DNA of 64,000 bases, taken from assembly GCA_964019335.1 (NCBI GenBank), contig OZ025715.1, forward strand, positions 248,001 through 312,000, read 5' to 3'. The position numbers and the translations under genes were made by a program. Within the stretch, counting starts at the first letter, position 1. The number at the start of each line of letters is the position of its first letter. A model generated the notes under the pieces. It searched no databases and was not told the origin of the DNA. It saw nothing but the letters and a program-made list of their open reading frames with translations. This DNA comes from Diplonema japonicum (Eukaryota > Protista > Euglenozoa: Diplonemea). Of the stretch, positions 11,321-20,748 are shown one piece after another.

Positions 11321-12414
11321 TTTATTTCACTCTTCGTCATTTTCTTCACTCACTAGGGGCCTCATTATTTAACGCGAAATGGCCATTATTTAACGCGAAA
11401 CGGCCATTATTTAACGCGAAATCGCCATTATTTAACTAGTTAAATAATGAGATTTTGCAGTTAAATAATGGCCCTTCAGAGTGAAAAAATGGGTCTTGTC
11501 GTGGAAAAAAATGCACCCAACCCCTTGAAAAATTTTTTTGGGGTGGGGGTATTTTGACTATTTTTGGCCATCTGAGGCCATTCCAGCCCTTAAAAGTGGG
11601 AATAAGTGCCTTACTTCCCCTTTAAATGCCACGGCGAAATAGCTACCCTGTATTACCTTAGGAAAATCCCCAAAAAGCTGACCTGCGTGAAAAAAAACAG
11701 CAGTGAAAGCAGTGAAGAGTGAGTGACTCAAATGACGAAGAGTGAAATAAAACGACTTACTTGCCGCCAAATGAGCCATTATTTAACACTCGTTACCCGA
11801 GTTAAATAATGACTCATTATTTGTTGGCAATAAATAGTTATTTTATTTCACTCTTCGTCATTTTCTTCACTCACTAGGGGCCTCATTATTTAACGCGAAA
11901 TGGCCATTATTTAACGCGAAACGGCCATTATTTAACGCGAAATCGCCATTATTTAACTAGTTAAATAATGAGATTTTGCAGTTAAATAATGGCCCTTCAG
12001 AGTGAAAAAATGGGTCTTGTCGTGGAAAAAAATGCACCCAACCCCTTGAAAAATTTTTTTGGGGTGGGGGTATTTTGACTATTTTTGGCCATCTGAGGCC
12101 ATTCCAGCCCTTAAAAGTGGGAATAAGTGCCTTACTTCCCCTTTAAATGCCACGGCGAAATAGCTACCCTGTATTACCTTAGGAAAATCCCCAAAAAGCT
12201 GACCTGCGTGAAAAAAAACAGCAGTGAAAGCAGTGAAGAGTGAGTGACTCAAATGACGAAGAGTGAAATAAAACGACTTACTTGCCGCCAAATGAGCCAT
12301 TATTTAACACTCGTTACCCGTTTTTTTGCACTCGGGCCCTGCGGGCCCTCGTGCAAAAAATTCGGGAACTCGAGTTAAATAATGACTCATTATTTGTTGG
12401 CAATAAATAGTTAT
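11321..12414. repeat. Two head-to-tail copies of a 521-bp foldback unit; probable non-autonomous DNA transposon
   Basis: 11321-11841 is repeated from 11842. It has internal 21-bp repeats (CCATTATTTAACGCGAAAyss), a perfect 24-bp palindrome at 11426-11449 and about 35-bp inverted repeats. Copy 2 has an extra GC hairpin at 12321-12360. Confidence 0.9.
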
Positions 12415-12531
12415 TTTTCTTAAACGAGGAAGTGAGGTAGTTTTTTTTTTTTTTTCTTTTTTTTTTTCTTCTTCTTCTCTACCCACCCATTTTAATTTTT
12501 TATCTTTTTCTCTTTTCTTTTTTCTTTCTTT

Positions 12532-12602
12532 ACGCTCCGGATCCGCTAAGTGACCCGTCAGGTTGCTTTTTCTGATGAGATCACTTAACGGATCCAGAGC
12601 GT
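12532..12602. repeat. 71-nt near-perfect hairpin
   Basis: ACGCTCCGGATCCGCTAAGTGACCCGTCAG pairs with CTGATGAGATCACTTAACGGATCCAGAGCGT. Confidence 0.8.
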
Positions 12603-12626
12603 TAAAAAAAAGGAGAAGTATTCTTT

Positions 12627-12666
<40 letters not shown>

Positions 12667-12806
12667 CAGGTCACTCTTTTTTTTTTCCAGTGTTTTAAGA
12701 ACCATCTTTCGTTCCCCCTTCTTTCTTTTTTTTTTTTTCTTCTTTTTTGATCGTTTTTTATTTTCTTCTTTTTTTATCTCATTTTTTTTTTTTTTTTTTT
12801 TTTCGT

Positions 12807-12845
<39 letters not shown>

Positions 12846-12882
12846 CAAAGGGAAACACTTGGGCGGTAAAAATAAACAAAAG

Positions 12883-13068
12883 ATGGAAGTGAGCAACCAT
12901 GTTCTTAAGACGATAGAAGAAGCGTGCAAACAGGTGGTGGCGGCGGCGAATCCTTCAGCAGCTTCGGCAGCGCTGATGCTGACAGGAAAATACCCGTTCT
13001 TACAACCGGGGGCAGAATATCACGATTACTACCAGTATGGGTGAAACAAAAAAGTTTTTTTTTTTTTT

Positions 13069-13099
<31 letters not shown>

Positions 13100-13545
13100 A
13101 ACGAAAAACCAGGTGGAGATTGGGACAGTTACGGAACGAAAGCATCACGGAAACCCAGTCTCCAAGTGTTAAGGATCTGGCGACCATAGAGGAGACAGTC
13201 AAGAGAATTGCAGGTGCTTCCAGTCATGAGGCCGAAGAGGCCCAGCTGCTCTCATCCGGGACATGTGGTTTTATGCAAAAAGGTCACCCTCTGCACGGTT
13301 TCTACATGTGGCGTCTCTCTCTTGCAAAGGCACCCCAACGACCAAAGAGAACTGGCCATGTGACAGTGACTCTCGATGCAAACCAAAGCAATAACCACCC
13401 CCTCAGCATCGGCCAACTCCTTGTCATGTTGGCACCAGTTATCGAATCAGGAAGCACTGACCCGGGTATTTTCTGCGACCCCAACGGCCACCTTGTCATC
13501 CCTGCCTCTGTCTTCGATGAGAAGACTGAAACGCAAGAATTCTAG
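12883..13545 (+). CDS. Two-SURP (SWAP) module protein, splicing-factor-like
   Basis: YPFLQPGAEYHDYYQ|WRL (joined across intron 13035-13112) and GFMQKGHPLHGFYMWRL are SURP signatures. Confidence 0.75.
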
Positions 13546-13792
13546 AGCGAGAAGGCCCTTTACTTTTTTCTTCTTTTCTTTTTTTTTCTTTTTTAAATCC
13601 TTGTCCTTTCATCACCAGTGTTCTTTTTTTAGTTTTTTTTTTTTTTTTTTTTTTTCCTGCACTTTTTTTATTGCAGCTAGCTGTTTGAACTTGTCTGTTC
13701 GCCTTGAGGACTGCTCCAGCATTGCTTGTGTTCCTGTGTTCAATAGTCCCTCTTCGGAGAACGCTTGTAAATCACACCTACCAGAATTCCAT

Positions 13793-13864
13793 GTCCGTGT
13801 GGCTCAATGGAAGAGCGCCTGACTACGAATCAGGCGGTTGCAGGTTCGAGTCCTGCCTCGGATG
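13793..13864 (+). tRNA. tRNA-Arg (anticodon ACG)
   Basis: Cloverleaf with D arm GCTC/GAGC, anticodon arm CCTGA-CTACGAA-TCAGG and T loop GGTTCGAGTCC, followed by a T6 Pol III terminator. Confidence 0.95.
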
Positions 13865-13964
13865 ATTTTTTAACATTCTCAATCAACAGGGGGTTTTAAA
13901 AAAAGACAAGATGACCGAATGTTGATACAAAAGCCAGAAGAAAACTAATAAAAAAAAGTGCAAA

Positions 13965-14448
13965 ATGGAACACAAAAGTTTACAGGTGCGATTACTGTTG
14001 GTATGAACGAATGAGCTTTTCAACATAAAAAAAAAAAAAAACAGGACAGGCTACGGACACGACCAGTGGGTTACTGTCTCACTGAGAATGATTTGAAGGA
14101 ACTCGGGGAAGCATTCACAGTTGTTAGTGGGATGACCGACCCAGTTCTGCATCTACACGAAGATTCTTTGTTCTTGCGGAAAGGGCTTAGAGACGATATT
14201 GAATGTACATGGGAAGGAGTGACGCTGAGATCTGTGGCCCCGAACGGCCCAGGTTGGGCTGCAGGAGCAGAGCGCTTTATTGGTATGGCTTACTCTCTCA
14301 ATCATTACGACCTAAACTAGGCCGCAAGCTGATACAAATTAATGATCAAGCAGTTCCGCCTACGAGCACTATCGGCGGTGCCACCTTCGATGGCCTCATT
14401 GCTGCTTTACTTACCTTCGAACCCCTCAGTACTGCTGTAAGTACCTGA
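13965..14448 (+). CDS. Small protein with divergent PDZ-like domain
   Basis: Exons 13965-14000, 14045-14282, 14321-14448 join in frame via two GTATG..AG introns; LRSVAPNGPGWAAGAERFIGRKLIQIND is PDZ-like. Confidence 0.65.
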
Positions 14449-15078
14449 AGGCTTGTATTCTTTTCCTTCTCCCCCATTCTCTTTTTTTTTTTTTTTTTTT
14501 TTTTTCCCTTTCTTTTTAATAGAAACCGCAAGACAGTAGCTGGTCTTTATCGATTTTTTTTTTATTATTTTTTTTTTTTTACCCCTTCTCAGGAAGCCTG
14601 GTCGGCGACCAACACAAAACACGAAGAAGAAGAAAAGAAAAAGATAATGAGGCAATACAAGTCGGCTCAACCACCGGTGACCTCCCTTTTTTTTTTTCCT
14701 TCTTTTTTTTAGTTTCCGGGAGGGGTCTTTACTAATTTTTCTTTTTTCTTCTTTTTTTTCCAAGGGGAAACATCCATTTGGCGGTATGACGAGTCAGGCC
14801 AAAAAATTACCAGAAGATGTTTTAGAAGTTGTTTTTGTTTTAAAAAAAAAAAAAAGAAGAAGAAGAAAACCGCTGCAACTACTGCATCGGGGGAAAAAAA
14901 AAAAAAAAAAAAAGTTTATCAAGGACAGGACGACTTTCTTTTTCTTTTTCTCTTTTACTAATATAGGTTATTCTCTTGTGTGAGTCAACGTTTACTGCGC
15001 TGTTTCATTTTTTTTTTTTCCCCTTCTTTTGTACAAATCATAACCAAAGATCAAAGAAAAGGAGCAAATAAAAAGAAA

Positions 15079-16530
15079 ATGCTAACAGCACTGCTAGCAA
15101 CGGCGGTTCTTGCAGGGAACCCATCACCCATAAACCCATACAAGAACTGTACACTGGAATGGCACACACGAGCTTTAGATCATTTCACGTATCTTCCAGA
15201 GACGAACCAAGCAACTTTTAAGCAAAGGGTCTTCGTATGCGGGGAAGAGGAATGGAACCCTGGCCAACCCATCTTTTTCTACTGCGGGAACGAAGCAGAC
15301 GTAACACTGTATGTGGAACACACAGGCCTCATGTGGGAGAACAGGAAGAGGTTCAAAGCTCTTCTTGTCTTCGCTGAACATCGGTACTATGGCGAATCCC
15401 TTCCCTTTGGAAACAACAGCTTTACCAAGGAGAACATTGGGTACCTGAACCATGAACAGGCCCTTGCCGACTACGCGGATCTTCTCAGAAAATTTAAAAT
15501 CTCCCACAAGACGGAATCGAGCAAGGTCATTGCATTTGGAGGATCCTATGGTGGGATGCTTGCTGCATGGATGCGTATGAAATACCCCTCCGTGATCGAC
15601 GGTTCGATTTCAGCTTCGGCTCCTATTCTCGCTTTCCCTGGTTGCCACAAGGCAACCTATGATGCACCCGATTCTAAATACGGCAGTTCCTTCTGGGACG
15701 TTGTCACCAGGGACGCGACCCCCGCCGGTGGGAGCCGGAAGAACTGCGACGTTGCTGTTAAAACCGCGTTTTCGACCCTTTTCGAAATGGGGAAAACCGC
15801 AGAGGGCCGCCAATCCCTTCAGAACATTTTCTCAATCTGCACCACGCCACAGGCAGAGGACGTCGTGAAGGTCGCTTACCTTCAAATGTACGGATGGGAC
15901 ATGATGGCGATGGGAGACTACCCTTACCCTTCCAACTACATTACCAACAACGGACCCATCCTTCCCCCATTCCCTGTGAGAGAAGCATGCAAATCGATGG
16001 TGGACGAAGCTGGGAACTACCCATCTGGCGAAGCGTTGCTGAAGGCTTTGGCACAGGCAACGAATCTCTTCAACAACGCGACAAAGACCATAGACTGCTA
16101 CAAGCTCGCAGCAGACATTGAAGAGGATGGGATCTGGGACTTCCAGTGGTGCACGGAGATGCAGCCTCAGGAAACATATTTCGCAAGGGGTGCAAACAGC
16201 ATGTTCTGGGAGTTCGATTACAACGCAACATGGGTCGCTGACAGGTGCAAGAACAAGCACGGGATTGTGCCCAGACCCTACCAGATAGCCACCCAGTACG
16301 GAACCGAAGAGGAGATTGCAAAGTACTCCAACATCGTCTTCTCCAATGGAGCTCTCGACCCCTGGATCTCCGGAGGTGTCTTCGTCAACACTAGTACCAT
16401 CACTTCTATTACCATTCCTCTTGGCGCACATCACCTCGACCTCTTCTTCTCCAACCCCCAAGACCCCCAGTGCGTCCTCGATGCCCGTAAGCTCGAACTC
16501 GACCACATTGAGTCTTGGTTGCAAGCTTAG
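15079..16530 (+). CDS. PRCP: Lysosomal Pro-X carboxypeptidase (peptidase S28)
   Basis: Signal peptide, LDHF, PIFFYCGNE, FAEHRYYGES, GGSYGGML (catalytic Ser), FSNGALDPW, AHHLDL. Confidence 0.93.
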   Translation: MLTALLATAVLAGNPSPINPYKNCTLEWHTRALDHFTYLPETNQATFKQRVFVCGEEEWNPGQPIFFYCGNEADVTLYVEHTGLMWENRKRFKALLVFAEHRYYGESLPFGNNSFTKENIGYLNHEQALADYADLLRKFKISHKTESSKVIAFGGSYGGMLAAWMRMKYPSVIDGSISASAPILAFPGCHKATYDAPDSKYGSSFWDVVTRDATPAGGSRKNCDVAVKTAFSTLFEMGKTAEGRQSLQNIFSICTTPQAEDVVKVAYLQMYGWDMMAMGDYPYPSNYITNNGPILPPFPVREACKSMVDEAGNYPSGEALLKALAQATNLFNNATKTIDCYKLAADIEEDGIWDFQWCTEMQPQETYFARGANSMFWEFDYNATWVADRCKNKHGIVPRPYQIATQYGTEEEIAKYSNIVFSNGALDPWISGGVFVNTSTITSITIPLGAHHLDLFFSNPQDPQCVLDARKLELDHIESWLQA

Positions 16531-16838
16531 ACAGCAATTGCCTTCCGTCAGAATGAATAAAAAGCGAGCAGTGCAGCTGATTTGAAAGCGATACACACTC
16601 CATCGGATCAGCAATATTTTTTTTAAATGAAGAAGAGTTTCCGGTATCTTGTCCTCCTTCCTTTTTCTATTTTTTTTTTTTTTTAGTTCTTCAACGTGCA
16701 CCCGCCTGGGTTCCCCTCCTGTTCCTTCTCAAAATGATTAGTGTGGTATTGTTATTCCTCTCCTTTTATCATCACTCCCACGTCTTCTGTATCATTATAA
16801 GAAAGGAGGTTTAAAAGTAAATTCTGGCATGAGTTGAA

Positions 16839-19800
16839 ATGACCGACGGACCACCGGTGTTAGGAAAGGTATACCCCGGAGGGGTGTTTAGCTCTATCGT
16901 TGCGAAGTGGCCGGGAAGGTCTCTTGGGGTTTGCATGATCCTACCCGTGGCGACTCTTGTTGCTTCGTACGTGTTTAACATCTTAAGTATAGACCGAGTG
17001 GACTGCGGGATGGACTCGTTAGCTATCGATCACGAAAGCTACTGGAACAAGGTTGAGGTGTTAAGAATAGAACAACTGTGGCACGTCATAAGGCAGCGCT
17101 CGGAACCGTCTGACCGGGTTTTTTTACAGTACAGGTTGGACAATGTGGATGGGCTCGATTCCAGCTCGTTTCTGCATTTTCTGAAAAGGGTGGAGGAAGG
17201 TATTGAGGACATTGATGAATACACCTCTGTGTGTTTTGCCTTCAATGGAGGATGCTTCCCTATGACAAGTATCCGGCAATACTTTTTCACGGGGGTGGTC
17301 GAGAACAAAACATGGGTTATGAACGGAACAGGAGGGTCTTTGAACGAGCCGTTGTACCTGACGAAAGAGGTTTTCCGAAGAAACCGTAGCTGGCGGTGGT
17401 TTGCCACGTCGGACGGGCGGCATGTCAGGACGCAGATTCGGTTGAAACAAGGTGATAAAAAGAGCTTTTGGAAAGGTTTTATCTCGCACATCGAGTACGT
17501 CACCACCACACGCACACTACCAAGCAAACCTCGCGGTACCTCCCTCATGGTAGGCGGTGACGGGGTAATCCCTGCAGTTATCTGTTACTCTATAGACCAG
17601 CATCAGTGGTCCATCGGGTTGTCAGGTTTGCTGCTCTTCACAGTGCTTTGGGTCATCACCAAGTCAATCGTGACCGCTTGTGGTTCTCTCCTCCACATTT
17701 TATGTTGTTACACGGGCAGTCTAGTCTTATACCACATTACTTCTTCTAAGGAGCTCCTCATTCTTTTTCATCTCGCGCTGTACTTGGTAGTTGGCATGAC
17801 TGTGAATGGAGTCTTGATCTTCCATAACACATTTAAGCAGTCGGGCTTCATGCCCACTTCAGGTCGGCGAAACACACTTTCTCTCACACAACGGCTCGCT
17901 TTTACGTTTCGAAAAGCGGGAAGGGGCGTCTCTTGTTCTCATTGCGTTGCGGTTGTCTCGTATCTTTGCACCAGGTCTGCACCTATCCCTGCATTGAGGG
18001 AGTTCAGCGTTGTGATGGGGTATCTCATCTGTTTGTCCTTGTTGCAATTCATCACGTTGCACCCTTGTTTGTTGGCCGCGCATGCTGCAATGTCCTCTGC
18101 GAGAAACATTAAGAGAAACAAAGAGGAGACCACGAAGAAAAGCAAGAAGAAACACCTTCTCCATGAGGTCTTAGTGAAATACAAAGACAAAGCACAGGAA
18201 CAAGGCATGCCGGTGTGTTTCGACACCGCAGAGGTGTCCGAGCACAATGCGACGGTGACACCCGGTTCAGCCAGGGGAATCGTAAATGAAGTGACGGCAC
18301 TGGTGAGGAAGCTGTCGTCGTCGTCGGTAAGCTTGTTGCGCATGCACGAAAAGGAATGGGACAATGTTGAGAACAACGAGAGGAAACGGTCGAGAAGGAA
18401 ACAAGCAGCTGACTCAATAATACACATCCCTGCACGTGCTACGCCCATACACCCTTCGAGTGCCAACGAAAAAGCCATGCAGCTCGAGGCCTGCAAAACG
18501 TCAATATTCCACTCCAGCCGGCGGACCCCAACGTTCGTTCTCTCACGTGCCTTGTGGCTCAAGGTGGGGCGGAAGTTCGGTTTCAGGTATTTGAACTTTT
18601 ACAATACCACGTCGGAGATGACACCTGCTGAGAAACGAACCCCGCAGGTCGCAGAATGCGTGGTTGACGCCTACTCTGGAAAGGTTACCATCGTGGAGGA
18701 ATGCACAACACAAGACGAACTGGTCATCCTGCAGGCATCCGAAACCCACAATTTACTAGAGCGGTTCGTGGTATCGAAGATCATCCCCTTTTACTACACG
18801 TACAAGTACCTTATAATGTTATTATACGTCGTTATACTTATCACTGCGACCTCCGTTGCTGCATCAGGAGTGGAAACACGTGGCACGCCGCCTATGCTGC
18901 TCGACTCCTTTTTGCTGGACGGGTACCAAGAGGAGACCGAGCGATTCGAAGTCGAAGGGGAGTGCGACAACTGCGGAGCAGTGTTCCAACCCAGCGAAAC
19001 GTGGCCGCCGGTGGACCCCGTTACGATGCAGAACTGCGACATGACGTCGATCCACATGCTGTACGGTAACTGCAGCGGGTGCTACCTTCCCATGCAGGAA
19101 AACGTTTCGTGCAAGGAATGCGGGGTGTGTCTCCATGGCACCTGTATAAGAGCGACGAATAGCTGTTCTTGCTACCCAGGGTGGACGGGGTCGGGGTGTG
19201 GGTCCCCGGTTCGAAGTCAAGAGGAGGCACTTCTTGGCTGCGATGGGTTCTCATCCGTGAAGAACAATTGCAACGAGTGCGGGATCCCCGATCGTGCAGA
19301 CTGTGATACCCCTGCCACAGTCGTACACTTCATGCTGACGAACGAGTCCAGGTTTTTGCATGATTTTCATGATGTTTGTCTGCGATTGTTGCGCCTCCCA
19401 GGAGTGGACGCCGCACAGAGCCCGTGCTTCACAGCAGGCGACAACACCACCGTGACGACTCCTGAAGGAGTCTACACCATTGCCGAAGAGCGAGGGCGGT
19501 TAAATGACGTGGGTTTCACAGCAGCGAACCCAGACGATCCCGGGTTCGAACTGCAGTGGGTAAAGATGAGGTTCGCGTGGGTTGGAAAAGACATCGAAGG
19601 GTACAAATTGTGGGAAAGCCTGGCCAAGGAATACCAAGGGGTCCAATGGTCGGAGGCGTGGGTGGAAATGCACACACGAGATCTTACCTTGCGATCTTTG
19701 AAATCCTTGATAGCATACGGGTTGGGAACGTTGGCCGTGGTAGGTGTTCTTTTAACAAGGTCTCCGAGGTTGGTCATGGGTTTGGGGTATGCTGTGGGTG

Positions 19801-20231
19801 GCTCCACATGTTTCTACCTTTCCTTCATGAAGATGTTTTGTTGGGAGGTCGGACCGGTGGAGCTCATAGGGGTAGCATGCCTTCAGGCTATGTCTACTGA
19901 ATGCCTGATGCACATAGCAGTGACGTACCAGGAGTACCTCCATGCGGTTCACTCCTCGCTGCTTGCTTATGCATCGACTCGACGGCAGGCACTTGCTATA
20001 TCCCTACAGAGAGCCATCTCTCCTGTGGTTACCTCTAATACCCTTGTGATCACTGTGTCGGCGATCCTCTCTCTTTCTGATTTTCGTCTCTACCATCAGC
20101 TGGGGCTCGTGCTCATTTTGGACAGCTTAATCACGCTTTTCCATGCTGCAATCCTTTTCCCGATATACCTTCTTCTGTTTGGCCCTGTTACTTCCTCTCC
20201 TCTCTCATTTAGATCTAATATAAAAAGATAA
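16839..20231 (+). CDS. Dispatched/Patched-like sterol-sensing (RND-family) membrane protein with EGF-like Cys-rich insert
   Basis: 1+5 / 1+5 TM layout, RLAFTFRKAG...SAPIPALREFS, second repeat WEVGPVE...AISPVVTS...YHQLG; CLHGTC...CSCYPGWTGSGC is EGF-like. Confidence 0.75.
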   Translation: MTDGPPVLGKVYPGGVFSSIVAKWPGRSLGVCMILPVATLVASYVFNILSIDRVDCGMDSLAIDHESYWNKVEVLRIEQLWHVIRQRSEPSDRVFLQYRLDNVDGLDSSSFLHFLKRVEEGIEDIDEYTSVCFAFNGGCFPMTSIRQYFFTGVVENKTWVMNGTGGSLNEPLYLTKEVFRRNRSWRWFATSDGRHVRTQIRLKQGDKKSFWKGFISHIEYVTTTRTLPSKPRGTSLMVGGDGVIPAVICYSIDQHQWSIGLSGLLLFTVLWVITKSIVTACGSLLHILCCYTGSLVLYHITSSKELLILFHLALYLVVGMTVNGVLIFHNTFKQSGFMPTSGRRNTLSLTQRLAFTFRKAGRGVSCSHCVAVVSYLCTRSAPIPALREFSVVMGYLICLSLLQFITLHPCLLAAHAAMSSARNIKRNKEETTKKSKKKHLLHEVLVKYKDKAQEQGMPVCFDTAEVSEHNATVTPGSARGIVNEVTALVRKLSSSSVSLLRMHEKEWDNVENNERKRSRRKQAADSIIHIPARATPIHPSSANEKAMQLEACKTSIFHSSRRTPTFVLSRALWLKVGRKFGFRYLNFYNTTSEMTPAEKRTPQVAECVVDAYSGKVTIVEECTTQDELVILQASETHNLLERFVVSKIIPFYYTYKYLIMLLYVVILITATSVAASGVETRGTPPMLLDSFLLDGYQEETERFEVEGECDNCGAVFQPSETWPPVDPVTMQNCDMTSIHMLYGNCSGCYLPMQENVSCKECGVCLHGTCIRATNSCSCYPGWTGSGCGSPVRSQEEALLGCDGFSSVKNNCNECGIPDRADCDTPATVVHFMLTNESRFLHDFHDVCLRLLRLPGVDAAQSPCFTAGDNTTVTTPEGVYTIAEERGRLNDVGFTAANPDDPGFELQWVKMRFAWVGKDIEGYKLWESLAKEYQGVQWSEAWVEMHTRDLTLRSLKSLIAYGLGTLAVVGVLLTRSPRLVMGLGYAVGGSTCFYLSFMKMFCWEVGPVELIGVACLQAMSTECLMHIAVTYQEYLHAVHSSLLAYASTRRQALAISLQRAISPVVTSNTLVITVSAILSLSDFRLYHQLGLVLILDSLITLFHAAILFPIYLLLFGPVTSSPLSFRSNIKR

Positions 20232-20748
20232 AGGAGGGCATTTTTGTGTTCTTGGAAGCGTTGTCCACATGAATACGGGGCTCTGCCGAGCTGTAGCTTC
20301 TTCTGCATTCCACGTCGTGTCCTTAATGCGTGCGGTGTGCAGCTCAACCCCAACAAGGGCCCCTCTCGGGAAATAACAAAAAAAAAAAATCTCATTTTCC
20401 CATTATTTTTTTTTTAAAAGCCATTTTCCTTTATAGCCGGGGAAAAAAAAAAAGAAAAAAAAAGAAAAAAATCCGCACTTCCGTGTCGTGTGTTTTTTTA
20501 ATTTTTATTTGTAAGATTCGTTCTCCTTTTTTTTTTTAATTATTTTTTTCATAACACAAAAAAAAGGGGGAGGGGGGAGGGGAAGGATAGATCTCGAGAC
20601 CGGGTTTCGTGAAAAAGAAAAAAAAAAAAGAAAAAAAAAAAGAAAAAAAACACACATACACCAACTAACACATCCGTGGGGGTGTAAGGCTCCTCTCAGC
20701 ACTTCTTCTTCTTAAAAAGCAGGCAAGATCCCGCGCCACGAGGAGCCG

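Noticed and set aside
11360-11450. 21-bp periodic repeats resembling a CRISPR array
   Set aside because: No unique spacers, no cas genes, eukaryotic context; they are part of the 521-bp unit
11558-12300. Two identical 73-aa minus-strand ORFs
   Set aside because: By-product of the tandem repeat; no recognisable domain
12572-12580. CTGATGAG suggesting a hammerhead ribozyme core
   Set aside because: No GAAA core partner or three-stem layout; the motif lies within a simple hairpin arm
12304-12900. Poly-Lys / poly-Phe ORFs here and throughout intergenic DNA
   Set aside because: Translations of A/T homopolymer tracts
10023-13545. Functional clustering of splicing genes (U1-70K and SURP protein)
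   Set aside because: Only two genes; chance adjacency cannot be excluded
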